From the human T2T-CHM13v2.0 reference genome, Homo sapiens, in assembly GCF_009914755.1 (NCBI RefSeq), contig NC_060936.1: 64,000 bases of DNA; one strand, 5' to 3'. Shown in pieces: positions 32,565 through 49,598 of this stretch (its first letter is position 1; every line of letters begins with the position of its first letter). Below the pieces are notes generated by a model that was not told where the DNA came from, made no database searches, and was given only the letters and a program-made list of their open reading frames with translations. The translations under genes were made by a program, and so were the position numbers.

Positions 32565-33248
32565 CTAGACACAAAAGAAAAGACAGTCAGGTGTGCAGAG
32601 GGCAGGACACCGCCAATGCACGTTAGACATTCACAGGAAACATGACTTTGGTACAGGTACCACAGGTAACGGGCATCTGGTCCTCCATTACTAGCCTAAG
32701 GCTCTTGGGAAGGAAACCACCACGCCTTGGCCCTGGGTTTTCCAAGTCCAAGTATTCGCACACACATACACACATAGCTGGTGGGCTGTAAGGCCTGAGA
32801 CCACAAATACGTCAGTATGACAGGTCGAACAAAGGCAGCTCTTCATCTTTGCATAGAGAAATAAGAGTAACAAGGCAACACTGGAAAGTTTAGTACATGA
32901 CAAAGCCCTGACCACTATCTTGAGCCTTAAATGAGAAAAGTCATTTTAATATATGATTATGATTTTTAAAAATACTTTGTATTTTCCTCATTAACAGAAT
33001 TATTGCTCAAGAACCCTAGCTAAAAAGGAAAACTAATGTTATGATCCAAGCACTTCAAGTTTTGAATGATGATTTTAACTGACTGGTAAGTGGCATATGT
33101 GACTATCTGTAGATGTGCATGTGATATAATGTTCATATGATACAATGCAAATGGGGACAAAGACAAACATATAATACACTGATAATAATGACATAAAAAT
33201 GTACAGACATATTAAAGATTAGAAGAGAATCTGGAGTAATATAAATAG

Positions 33249-33659
<411 letters not shown>

Positions 33660-36131
33660 TAAACTGACCTTACAAAAGGCAGCATTCAATTCACTAAAAC
33701 ATTCTGTAAATGCACAGCTGCATCTATATTAATTCTTATGAATCTGGACCCATCAGTTAATTACTAATATCAAGTCATTACTCCAAGTTTTCAACTCTTT
33801 ATACTATTATGAAATTTTTCTTTGAAGTGGAAGCAATTATGAGGGTTTTGAAGAATGAGGAAATTATATAGGATATGTTCATAAAATGGAGGTGAAAAAG
33901 TACTTTGAGATTCACACACACTTAAAATGTTAGTGATTAAGCTTTTGATATTCTAAAGTCTCCAAGCATTGGCTTTGCTCTGAGGGCAATTAAAGTTCAA
34001 TCTTAAGACCAGGTGCACAAGATCTACTGCAATTCAATAGATGTGATCTTGAAGAGTTGAAAATAAACAGGATTAATAAAAACATATTTTAAAAGGTTCT
34101 ATATGTACTTGGCTAAACGATCTCTTGCAGTAACTTCTTTTACTAAGGCCAAGGACTCTACTGTACTGACTGTACCATTATCTGTTTTGAAAGTTCTTAT
34201 CAGAATAGCAAATATTTTAAAGCCAATGACATTTGGCGATGTATGTTCAGGCATCATCATTACATAATGGTACTAAGGACCACTCTTTGCCCACCTCCTA
34301 GATACTTTGCAGCCTAAGCACAGGGTTCTTGAGCAAAAGGCACCTTCTAATAAATGAAGTCACAACCACAAAGGTACTCCGGCGGGTGGCAAGATACACT
34401 CGGACGAAGAAATCCGCTTATTTTTCCTTTATGTTAGAAATCATTTGATAATCATCCTTTTTTTTTTTTTTCCAGTTTCGGTCTTCATAAGATAGCACAG
34501 GAATGGAAATCAGAATCTAAAATTAGATCAAAAAACTCAGGTATCTGAGACTGACAACTTTAAGACCAAATTTCTGGTCTATTTGTGAATGGGAGTTTAT
34601 AACACATAATCCAAGAATGCAGAACTCTCTACTCCTCCATTTTAATTGTAAGTGAACCTTAGGAAGAGCAGATATTCTAAAAATCTGACTCCTTGGTAGT
34701 TTGGCATTTTTTGTTGTTGTTGTCATTTTTTAAACAGGTATTTTCTAGATACATTGGATCAACTCTTCAGTCCTGTTATGCAAATACTGTTGTTTGCTGC
34801 TAAATTTCCAGCTCCTAGAACAGTGCCTGGCACATAGTAGAAGCTCATTAAATATTTGTTGAATGAATGAATGAACACATCACCATTAAACAGAGAAACA
34901 CTTTGCAACCACAAGAGAGTTAACCACTCCGTTTATACCAAGCAAGGGACAGCAGCGGTGGGATCTCAGTGGGATCTAATTTTATACCCATGATAAAATT
35001 CAAACACTTGACAATAGCCAAGAGAAACTTTGATGACGGAACAAGAGAACAGAAAGGGTAGACTAACAGTCACATTTGTCTTTGTGTGCAGACATATATA
35101 CAAAGACTGGGTGTCTTAGCAAAACAATTTAACCCATTTTTCTTTTACCTGTTGATTCGAGAACATCCATATATTTATAAATACACACAAACAGAAATGT
35201 AAAGTTGTAAACAGTTTGATTTGGTATTAAGTATAGACCTATAAGTTGGCCACTATGGAATTCCAATAGTTGCTGGTGACTCATTTCCCAGAAGTGATGT
35301 GAAGAGAGAGAGATGAAGTGCCCTGCTCACGACCTTGCCTCCTTAGGGTGGAGAGGAATGACCAATGACTTCAGAGACTCTCTCCCAGGTGGGATAGGAA
35401 TGGACTCCAAGTCATCCTTGAGTCTCAAACATGATGTCAAATTTCTGGCTGTGGGACTGAGGTCCAAGGAGAGCCCTTCAAAGGTGCTGTCTTCCACCCT
35501 GGCAGGGGCAAAACGTCAACACATCTGCAAATACCACCCGAACCTTCCTTGATCAAGTTAATTTGGTGATCAGAGCCTGAGACAGAATCAGGATGACTAC
35601 AGACCCTAAAAAAAGACCTGCTATATCTAAGGAAATTGAAAAAATAATAATAATAATAACCAACTGTAGCAGAGAAAGTGAGTGGGTGAACATGGATCTA
35701 TGACAAATACTACTCCTAGCAAAACAATTCTGTATGACTAATTGCTTTCTTCTCTAAAAGCAAGAATCTGAATTTCGGTCTTAAAGGTCTAAACCCCTAC
35801 AGCTTTTTAAATTGGCAATGCGAAGTTGACAGCTATCCAAAGCTCTGCTGATAGAAGTATGTCAACACGCCTTTAAAAATGTATTGAAAATGATAGATGC
35901 ACGTTCCACTAAAAAAAAAAAAAAGCCAGGCTGTAGCAAACAGAGCAAAAAACGATATTTACGGATCTGTTACCAGTGCTGAAATGTCCGTTATTTGGTT
36001 ATTCATACTACTCTACGATGTGGCATATGCTGAAACCACCTCACTCAATTCATCTACTTGGAGATACCTCCCTTATTGTGGCGGTTAATTCTTCTTCTTA
36101 CCCCCTTCCCTTTGCAAACTCTAACCTGTTA

Positions 36132-36308
<177 letters not shown>

Positions 36309-36479
36309 TCAGAGAGTTTTAATGGAGTAACCGCTATGGGCATAACACCTGCACCGAGGGAAAGAGCCCTCAAGAAGCATACACTCGAGTCAGGAAGAAA
36401 AGTCTCAGGCACCCGAAGCAACAGCAGAGAAAATAAGATTCTATAATCTAGGTACTCAGTTGTGTAGGTTACAAGAGTG

Positions 36480-37830
36480 CATTCATTCATTCAAATATTT
36501 ACCAAGCACCTACTATCTGCAAAGTGCCACCTAGGCATCACGGAAAATACAGAGGAAGATGGCATCATTCCTGCCCTTGGAGGAGACAAGATAAACACAA
36601 ATAATCATAATATAGGTTAAGAGGAGGAAGAACCATAAAGCAAAGAGGTACAAAGTGCTGCAGGAGGTTGCAGGCAGGAAAGAGGACTTTTAATTGGACA
36701 GTTGAGCAGAGACATCAGAGAGGCGTGAGCTCTGGAGGGGGGTGGTATATGGTGTTTTGCAGGAGGAAGGACAGGAGAGGAGGGGGAAGATGTTTCAGAC
36801 AAAAGGAGACACACTAGCAGAAACACAGCAGTAGTCAAGAGCCAGTCTGGGCCCCAAGAGAAGCCTGGAATGGCTACAGCACAGCACATGTTAAGGGGAA
36901 GGGCAGGTGAAAAGCAGAAAGGTCAAAGGTTGAGGGTTTCAGGTACCAGGCTCAGGGGTGCACCTGAGCATTATGGAACCCCTGAAAGGTTTGGGATGGG
37001 GCAGGGAATTCTGAGAAATCTGGTCCTTGAGGTCCATGAATCTTTCACTGTGTGAACTAGCTGGAAGGAAGGAGAAGCTGGAGGCAGATGGCCAAGAAAT
37101 TATTAGATTTTCTCAGCCAAGAGGAAAGGGCTTGGACTACAAGGAGGGCTACAGAAATGGGAAGCAGGAGATGAACAGGAGACGTATGGCTGCATTTATA
37201 GGATGGAGGGACTCACTGAATAGCGGGGTCCAGAGAAAACGAAATGACACCAAGGTTTCAAGCCTGGAATGACGAGATGAATGATGGTGGCCCTGCCTGG
37301 CATGAGGAAAGTGAGAAGGGAAACCAGCTTGCCGGGGAAGAGACTGAGCTCATTCTAAATCTGATGCACCATTCAGGCACTCAGTTGGAATTTAGGGGAG
37401 CTGGGGGAAATGCAGATGAATGTGGGTGAGGATGGCCCAAAAGAGACATGTACCAGGAGGTTCACACCAAGAATGTGACAGGAAAAAGCAAAAGACCCAG
37501 CAATAGGAGGAGGGTGAAATCCTTCTGTGGGACAAACACCAAGGGGCAGAGGAGGCAGATACGAGTAAAGGAGAAGAATCGCTTTTTATCCTATATTCTT
37601 CTGTACTGTTTTAAGTTTTTTACGAAAAGGCACTCATGTGGTTCTGGTAAAATTATACAAATGATTTCAACAACAACAACAACAAAGAATTTGAAGTAGA
37701 CAAGAGGCCCAAAAATATAGATCTGAGAGTCATTGACGCGCAGGTAATAGGTGAAGCCTTGAAAATTAATATGCTATTAATATCGTGGAGGGGAAAGGCA
37801 AGGAAAAAACAGAGGGAAGAGAAAGAAAAA
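36480..37830 (-). mobile_element. L2 fragments
   Basis: CATTCATTCATTCAAATATTTACCAAGCACCTACTAT tail; boundaries approximate. Confidence 0.7.
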
Positions 37831-38020
37831 CCCAGTGATGGAGCTTCGGTTTACCTATAAAAATCAAAATTCTCCCAGATTAGTGGGTAGGTCAGAGAAA
37901 AATAAACAGAAAGAAAAAACTTCTATGAAGACATCTTTCTACTTGAAGCTGCTATGACAAATCTTTCTTTCCCCTGGGGGGAAATGATTCCCAGCCTCTC
38001 AGGTTTCAAAGGGATCTTCA

Positions 38021-38275
<255 letters not shown>

Positions 38276-38805
38276 CTAGGAAGAGAGAAGGAAAAGGAGA
38301 TAGGTGGGCAAATTTATTCATATAAAAAGATGGTGACAGTATGTTCTGCACATGTATCCCAGAACTTAAAGTATAATCTAAAAAAAAAAAAAAAAAAGAT
38401 AGTGACAGTGTCCTAAATTTAAAAAGCAGGTAATACTGAATTTACCATTTGTCAAAACAAATACACAATCATTTAATTCTATATTTCATTATTCTAAGGT
38501 GCACTTTTTTTAACATCACTGAATTTGAAATCCACCCCACAATTAAAATTGATGCATTTTTCTTTCTTGGGGTATATAAGATAATGGTGTATCTGACCAT
38601 CATTAGCATCTTCGATTCGATGCAACGTAATGAATGGAAATAGAAAGATCTAAATGGATTGATCTACCCAGGTATCAATGTATTTGCCTCTAAGCATTAA
38701 TTTTCTCCTTATTTTAATTATCTCATTTGTTAATTTTCCTATGGGAAATATTGAGATATACTGGGTTAAAACAAACATATCATTCAAATGACTTCACCTG
38801 TTTTG

Positions 38806-39093
38806 CTTTTTTTTTGAGACGGAGTTTTGCTCTTCTTGCCCAGGCTGGAGTGCAATGGCACAATCTCGGCTCACTGCAACCTCCACCTCCGGAGGTTCAA
38901 GTGATTCTCCTGCCTCAGCCTCCCGAGTAGCTAGGATTACAGGCATGCGCCACCACATCCAGCTAATTTTGTATTTTTAGTAAAGACAGGGTTTCACCAT
39001 GTTGGTCAGGCTGGTCTCGAACTCCTGACCTCAGGAGTTCGCCTCAGCCTCCCAAAGTGCTGGGATTACAGGCGTGAGCCACCATGCCCGGCC
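38806..39093 (-). mobile_element. AluS inside a MER3/MER33-like relic
   Basis: Alu consensus; flank AATGTGGCTACTAGAAAATTTTAAATTACA. Confidence 0.9.
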
Positions 39094-39299
39094 TGTGTTT
39101 GCTGTTTTTAAATGTGGCTACTAGAAAATTTTAAATTACATCTGTAAGTAATACTTGTGGCTCCCTCACACTTTGATTGGAGAGCAGAGTTCTAGATGGA
39201 GACACGTGTCCTCTCACAAGCTTTTGGCTAAAGAGGGCCATGAGAGCTTTCATTAGAGAGCTCAAGAATAAGGAAGCAGGGAGCAAATAGTGGATAAGC

Positions 39300-40040
39300 A
39301 ATATGCAGTATGTCTATAAAAAGGAATATGATTCCACCTTAAGAAGGAAGGAAATTCTGATACATGCAACATGAATGCAACTTTAGGACATTACGCTAAA
39401 TGAAAGAAGCCAGTCACAAAAGGACAAACACTGTATGATTCCAGTTTATGAGGTATATAAAGTAGTCAAAATCATAGAAACAGAAAGTAGAAAGGTAGGG
39501 GGATGAGAGGAATTCGTATTTGGTGGTTATAGAGTTTCAGTGTAACAAGACAAAAACGTTCCAGAGATTCATTGCCCAGTAATGGGAATAAACTTAGCAC
39601 AACTGAACTGTACACTTAAAAATGGTTAAGATGGTAATTTAATGTTATGTGGTTTTTTTTTTTACCACAATTTTAAAAAAGAAGAAGGAGGAGGAGGAGG
39701 AACTCTATTAAACCAAGCCAGCAAACACATTCACAAACATTCTCAATGCCAAAGGTACGTCCCACAACCACATTCATTCTGGCCCTTCCATTAAGCATTT
39801 CCAGTGTTCAACTAAAGAAAGGGCTTGAAAATTGCTCTTAAATGTTCTCACCACAAAAAATATAAGAAGAATGTGAGGTGATAGATCTGTTAGCTGGCTT
39901 GACTTAATCATTTCACAATGTATATGTGTGTGTGTGTGTGTGTATACATCACATTGCATACTATAAGTACATGCAATTATTATTTGCCAATTATACCTTA
40001 ATGAAGCTAGGGAAAAAATTAATAAAAATTTTAAAAACAA
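39300..40040 (+). mobile_element. Two L1MB-like 3' ends
   Basis: AGCCAGTCACAAAAGGACAAA and TGTACACTTAAAAATGGTTAAGATGG motifs. Confidence 0.8.
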
Positions 40041-40048
40041 GATAAAAT

Positions 40049-40645
<597 letters not shown>

Positions 40646-41143
40646 TTAATTAAATAATTAAACAATGAAATAAAAGGGCCATTAGCACAAACTTTGCAGG
40701 ATGCTATAAACCAAATCCACGCCCCTTCCCAATCACGTGACAACCCCATGGCTCCTCCAGCCTTCTGCAGGGCAGGCCTCCTGCTGGCAGAAAGCAGTTT
40801 GGGTGGGGAACTACTTCTCTTACAAATGTGCATAAATGAGGTGCCAGGCCCCCTGAGGCGAGAGATGCAGGCCTCTTGGGTTCTGTCGTAGTATAATTAG
40901 AACTTTTACTTGAGAGTCTCACACAGCTTGGTTTTTAAAAATAAACACTGCTGACATGTCTCAAAAGGAAAAACTATATTCAGAACTCTGATATTTTCAG
41001 GTAATCGCTCACTCCCCCTTCATTTTCCTCAGCGCTGGGTGACTAATTCTGTTTCTTTCATCTTTCGTGCTCTGGGACAAGGCAAAGATGTTTGGAAAGG
41101 AGGTGGTGGGGGGTAAGTTCCTGAAAAATCACCTTGGGCTTAC

Positions 41144-41197
41144 CTTCTCCAGTTTCTCTTGGAGCTCCTGAATTTTGAGCTGCTGCTCAGCATTGAT
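41144..41197 (-). CDS. CIT: CIT exon (probably 16), INAEQQLKIQELQEKLEK, 54 nt
   Basis: TTTTAATTATAG acceptor, GTAAGC donor. Confidence 0.95.
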
Positions 41198-41715
41198 CTA
41201 TAATTAAAATCCCAGGAAATAAAGCAAAAGGCAAATCAGCATTAACATCTTGCTACATTTATTGCAGTCCTATTCTCTTGAGGTTTCTATGGGGTCTTTT
41301 TCTTTGGGTTTCCAGAACCTATTAAGGGAGAGGAAGAACAGTGGCCTCTCAGGGAAGACTTTGTCCCAGTGCAAAGCTCCATGTTGATGGTGCATGTAGG
41401 ACCAGCAACATACAAATGGCAAAAAGAGAAAGTCGCTCAGTCCTTTAAAACAATAACAATTTTCCTATACTTTTTACTAAGTGTCTGGGTTTGTTGCTGT
41501 GGGCAGGTGTGACAAAAATGAGCTGTCTTTTACCTCTTTTAGAGCCATAAAGTCATATGTGGTCACCCAAAGGTGGACTATCAAAATAAGCCTCGAAGAG
41601 AGGTCTCTATTCATTGATGAAGAATACTCTTCATCAATGATGGGCCACTGATAATAACATGAAAAAAGTTATCTACCCAAAATATTAATAGCAAAACCAA
41701 TCATGGAAAGTATAC

Positions 41716-41766
41716 CTTCTCCAGTTTCGCATATTCTCCCACTTCAGGCTTCCCTTGATCCTTAGC
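41716..41766 (-). CDS. CIT: CIT exon (probably 15), AKDQGKPEVGEYAKLEK, 51 nt
   Basis: TTTTTAATTACAG acceptor, GTATAC donor; fills the gap in the recalled protein. Confidence 0.95.
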
Positions 41767-41951
41767 CTGTAATTAAAAAGACACAACATATTGGGAAATC
41801 TCAACAACCTAAAAAAGTCGTGTAGACTACTTTCTTGGTCTCTGTGACCAAGATAATAATAGTAAATAAGAATAATGTTATCTTCTGTAAATAAAGACCA
41901 AGAGTTTTCCAAGGTATCCTACTATTTCTCAAACTAGGTTGTTTCTCATTA

Positions 41952-42200
<249 letters not shown>

Positions 42201-42203
42201 CTA

Positions 42204-43077
<874 letters not shown>

Positions 43078-44297
43078 TCATTAGCAAAACCACCGGGAAC
43101 ACACATGCAAATCACACCATACGAAATGCACAGAACCTTAAGGCCTAACACAGGAGAGCCAAAAGGGATGTTCTTTAAACAACAAGGATAAACTGCTTAC
43201 ATGTAGTTTTCCGCCAAGGGTAATCATTTATATAGACTTGTCCTTTAGAAGTCATGTGCTCCTAACACAAATTGGATATGGTACTAGTTTTAAAATTAAC
43301 CTTTCAGACAGCACAAGAGGGTAATTGAAAATCTCAGTGGAAAGAATTCTGGAAGGTGAAACTCATCATGTCAGTTTCTCACCATTAATTTTTCTGGGCT
43401 CAAAACTGAATGATGACCATAACATCACTCCTGCAATGCAAGTCACCCTGAAATCTGGAAGAGTCACAAAACACTGGCTTCGGTCAAAATAACTTGTGAG
43501 AAAAATTCCAAGGAAAGAACCTTCCTGTTCCCTTGAGCAAACCCTTTAAGTGATCCAAACAGCCCAACCTTTTCCAAAATGCATTTCTAAAATCAAAACA
43601 TTTACATTGAAGTTTCTCAGAACTGGGCTCACCAAAAGAAATGGCCAGTGATTTTGAAAACTTTTGGACAAAGTATAAAAATATTCTGTGTTAGCAAAAA
43701 TCAAGGCTAAGTATAAGGATTATGAATGAGCATTTATGTAATCCAAGGTGACTTGTGGGGTGAGGACGAGAGAGATACAAAACGAAATGAACAAGGAATT
43801 GAATCAAGAATGTCTTTAAAAATCACAATATTCAGTAACATCTCTGAGATCCACTCTCCCAAGAAATAATTGGTGAGGAATATTTGAATATTTCTCCCAA
43901 GAAATAATCGATTGAGCAAGGATATTCTTTTAACTGATAAATTGCAATTTTTGAATAACAGGGTATAAAGGAAACCTTTTATCCCATTGTAGCAGGTGAC
44001 GCCCCCCCACCAGAGCATATTAAAGGGGATGTGCTGCTCTTATGAAAATTGGATGGTTTCCATGCAAGCACACCTCTCCCTCTATTATCTGTAAAGGAGA
44101 AAGGAAAAAACAGCCCAAAATGGAACACGGGTCTCATTTCACTCTCTCCCACCCAAAAGCATACCGTTATTGAAGGTCAATCCTCAGAATCATGGGGCAC
44201 ACAGGTTTCCTGGGTCATGCATACTAAGCAGGCAATGCTGGATTATATAACCAAAGATCTTTATAACCTGCTCACAATTATCTAAACTCACAGGGCA

Positions 44298-44603
<306 letters not shown>

Positions 44604-45695
44604 CACAGGCCAGAACATGAGCTGTATGTGAAATGGAATATCGGTTTTTCTGGACCCCCTCAAGCAGAGCCATATTATGGCTTTCATAACTGTGAGCACT
44701 GAGCCTGTCTTGCCTTCCTCCATAAAAATTAAAATTAAAAATTACATTTTACAGTTGTGCTCCTATAAATACAAAAATATTAACATCATCTATGAAAACA
44801 GTGTCTTTGACCTAAGCCCAACTTTTTTCTTCTGATGAAAAAATTAAAACATTTTGTGAGACCCTAAAAGTAAAGTGGTCCCTAGATACCGTGCCTGCTA
44901 GAGCTAATGGGAAAGCCAGTCCTGGCTACAGGCATGGACACCAAATCTTGAGCATCTTTTGTCCTCAAGCTCACTTTTCTTTCTTGAATTTATGTCGGCG
45001 AGAAGGGAATGTAATTTTTGTGTTTTGTCAAGAGCAAGGACAGAGTGTCTGTTCCTTCCCCCCAACATCTCTCTTCCCTGAGCTGTCAGCACATAAGAGG
45101 GAGGAAGGCAGGAATCAGGCAACCACTCTGTCAGCTCTCCAAGCTCTCGGGGCACCCAGTCTCCTACAAGCATCAAAAGAAAATTCTAACTCATTTGTGG
45201 ATCCTTTGATATTGTGCAGGATACTTCAAGGAAATCCTATAAATCTAGCAGCTAACCAAATCCCTGCTTCAGGAAAAACCTGAGAGGTGATCATCAGGTC
45301 TGTTTGCAAGATCAGCTGAGAGAGAGCTGTGGTATCTCAGGATGGAATGAAAGACTGGTAGGTGTGAGTCAGGTCAGGATGGGGAACTGCAGATAGGTTT
45401 CAAGGCCCACCTAACGCAAGTCTTCTGAATGGAGCTTCAGAATTTTGTGGGGAGGAAGGATCAGGTATGATGCAATTCACTCAGAAACCATGGAACACAA
45501 GTGACTTCTGTGTTACCCACACTTTTGTCTCCTTTCCTGAGTAGGGGAGCAAGGAAGAAGCTGAAATTGCTAGTAATGATCTAGGAATCAAATTTCACAT
45601 GAGTCTTTGAGGTGTTTTTCTTTTAAACCAAATCTAAATATTCTAGAGGGGGTAGCTAGGTGGAAGTAAAATATTTTTTAAAAAAATGAAGAGCC

Positions 45696-46001
<306 letters not shown>

Positions 46002-46361
46002 TTAGATTTTTAAGAGAAAGATCAGGGAATAAATCCCAAGTCTAGAAAAAATCAATATGCCACAAACTAAATACTGAAAGTTTGCTGCAAGCATTAAAAG
46101 CTTTCTCCCAGTCTGCAAACATCCTGCTCTCACAAAACTTACCAAAAGTCATAAAATAAATCCTTGTTCCGATGAAAAATCAAATCTGAAACCACGTTTC
46201 TTCCCCACAATGGAACTTTTAGCAGTCATTAAATCTAAGACTCCACATGCATGCCAACTGTGGTATGAATCATAAAAGACGTGTCTTTGAACTCGGCCAC
46301 CAACATACACCTTTTCAAAACGTCCTGATAATTCCGTTTCTAAGGAATCTATGGACACCAG

Positions 46362-46380
46362 CTGCTCCCTCTGGTGGCCA
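46362..46380 (-). promoter_or_regulatory. Candidate CTCF site
   Basis: TGGCCACCAGAGGGAGCAG closely matches the CTCF core TGGCCACCAGGGGGCGCTA; lies in unique sequence. Confidence 0.55.
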
Positions 46381-47271
46381 AACACAGCTTTCATTTCCCC
46401 AGGATGTCACCAAAAGTAAATTTCCAGGTATGTTGAACTAATGGGAGAAAATGATTCCTACCTCTTGAAACTTTTAGGATGAAAAACTATGTTGATAAAA
46501 GGAGCATGAGTCAACTGTCAAAGCAGATTTCTCAAAGCCAATGTGCAGCCTTCAAAACCTCTAAGACTGCATTATTCAGAGATCTGATGATCCTTTACAG
46601 GGTTTCCGTCCTATGCACATTTATTTATAATGTTTTTATCAAGCAACAGAATATTAACTGATCACAACTTTAAAATATTCAGATGATAAATATGCCAACA
46701 AAACTCCAAAGACAGTAATTCTTTTTTTAAAGAGTAATTAATGGATAGAGTTATTTGCAGAAGTTTCTTGCATTAGCTCCAGCCAGATGGCTAAGTTTGT
46801 GCTACCCAGAGACAGAAATGTTCATTTCTATCAGTGTTTCCATTAGATTTTCTGAAGTGAATGAGAGTTGCCTGGCAGCTGATAGTTCAGCTCTCCAATT
46901 GCTCATTGCCATCTCTTCATTAAAGTCTCTATTTACAGTTTTTCAAAAGACACAAAAATCCATGCTAAAAAGGAAACAATGAGGCAATACAAAAATGAGC
47001 CATTTAGAAAGAAAACCCGTTTAGAAAGAAAAAAAAAAGAGTGGGCTTTTTAAAGGTCTCGATTCTCCTTTCTGAAAACACAGGGGACAGCCTTCTGCAC
47101 TCAGATAGGCAGTGTTAATCCTGACTTGACCTTGACCAGAATGGTTCAAATTTCTCTTCTAGAATATTTCTTTATGTAAGTAAAACTATGAATTAGCCTG
47201 GCTTCACTCAAAAACTTAAAAGTGCATCTGAGAAGCTATTAAAACATTTAATTGTTTTTAACCATCTAAAG

Positions 47272-47616
47272 CAGGGATTGGCAAACTTTTGCTGTAAGAA
47301 GCCAGATAGTAAGTAGTTTCAGCTTTGCAGGCCACATGGTCTCTGTAACAACCACTCACCTCTGACTCTGTAGCCTGAAAGCAGCCAGGGCCGATATGCA
47401 AATTACCAAGCATGGCTGTGTTCCAAAAAAAAAACACTTTATTTATGGAGACTGAAATTTGAATTTCATATAAATTTCAAATGTCATGAAATATTGTTTT
47501 ACTTTTGATTTTTTTTCCAACTGTTTAAAAACGTAACCCCATTCTTAGCTTGTGGGCCATAGAAAATAGGTGTTGGACCAGCTTTGCCCCACAGGCTGAA
47601 GTTTGCCCACTCTTGC
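47272..47616. mobile_element. MER58B-like hAT MITE
   Basis: CAGGGATTGGCAAAC...GTTTGCCCACTCTTG termini. Confidence 0.8.
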
Positions 47617-47827
47617 TCTAAACCTACATCTTTATTTTTAAAAGCAGACATTATGGGGTATCAGCTTCAAAAGGAGCTGGAACAAGCATTCTATGATGTA
47701 TATAAATTATGAGAAATCTGAAGTTTCTGAATGACCTACATACCTGTCTCTCTTCCACTCTGCCCCCACCCTTTCTCTCTCTCCCTTTCTTCCTATTTCT
47801 CTCTCAAACACGCCTCTCCTGAAATTA

Positions 47828-48016
<189 letters not shown>

Positions 48017-49257
48017 TTAATAGGGATGCCCTGTGGATCCTGCTTTGTTTGAAAAGACTCATTAAGAGAGCTGCAAGCTGCTTCGCAGACACCAGGACAG
48101 TTTCGAGTGACGGACCACAGTTCACAACTTCCAGTTGGTTGCCGATTCCGGTTTCCATCCTGTAAAACCCCTTGGTTCAAGAAACATCATCTCAACCTGG
48201 TGACCTTAGGGGATCCAGCCGGAAACTGCATCAGCCTGTCTCCTGCCACCATCTACCTGTCCTAGGAGATACTTACTTGCATGTTCAGGACTAAAACCTA
48301 TTAAGACCCAGTAGCTATTACAGCCACCATGTGGATAGCTACAAAGTGTTTTCTACAGTTATTTGTGGGCCCTAAAGTACATATGCCTCTTTCAAAGTAG
48401 CAATGACTTCATATCCTCTGCCCAGTTGTCATTTAAGACTCCAAGTGGTCTATTTCTACCTCCTGGCTTATTTTTCCTGGACACCTTTCATCCATAAGAA
48501 TCCCTTAATGCTTCAATGGCACTGAAATCTATATCTGAAATACATAGCTGAATAACTTCACCCACCACTGAAAGGCAGCCAAGTCTGGAATGGAAACATA
48601 GCAGTTATTCTTAATCAGCCACGTTCTATAGATTTCCTCTCCCTTGTGAAAAAAACTTTAGAAATGTGTGATTCAACTTCTTGAGACTGTTTAATTGGGC
48701 ACATTAAAAAACACCTGAATGAAAAATTTAACAAGACAATGGAGAAGAAGACAGTCTACTCTTGTGAAGGAAAGAAAAAATGAAAGTCACATGGTAAATA
48801 ATGACAGAGGGTCTGGGTTTTCAAGGCTATTTTCTTGTCACTACACTGGTTCTGGCCAATGGAAAATTTGATGTCAGGAAGATTGAAAGTAAGTTTTCTT
48901 GTACATAGTTGGGAGTCTGGTTCTCAAGGCTGCTCATGTCAGACACAACGCAGACCACAGAGGCTGGGATGGGAGATGTTAAGATCTTTTGCAACTTGCG
49001 GCAAAGATGAATTACTCCCATCTCCAGACTCCATGGTACCAGCCGTCTACCTGCACTTTCTGCTGGAAATGAGTCCAATCTCATTTCTTGGGGACCTTAC
49101 GCCTGGCTCTCACTACTCTGCAAAACACAGATCTTGCTTTTGTGCTCTCCCTCTCTCTACTCTCTGCCATTGGCTGTGATGTGCCTCATGGAGTCATCAT
49201 GAAACAGGATGAGACACACACAACAGGAAGTGCCACCTCCAAGGGAAGGGGGCTTCA

Positions 49258-49455
<198 letters not shown>

Positions 49456-49550
49456 TCATTAGGAGCAATCACATCTCAAGTAGCCTCCGAAACCACCTGG
49501 TGGTCTGGGCTAAGGCTAATTCGCCAAAAGTTAAGTTGGGATGGAAATAC

Positions 49551-49598
49551 CATTGTTTCTTCGCCCAGGAGCGCACAGTTCTTCGTTAAGGACAGTCA
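49551..49598 (-). other. CIT: 3' end of a candidate alternative first exon of kinase-less Citron-N (5' end undefined)
   Basis: Reads GCG CTC CTG GGC GAA GAA ACA ATG|GTATTT (ALLGEETM), in phase with the exon starting at 49413; resembles recalled rodent Citron-N start MLLGEEAM. Confidence 0.7.

Noticed and set aside
35825-35866. Imperfect stem GTTGACA..TGTCAAC downstream of the cassette exon; also 8-10 bp stems at 6172, 15056 and 54337
   Set aside because: Short or interrupted stems at chance frequency
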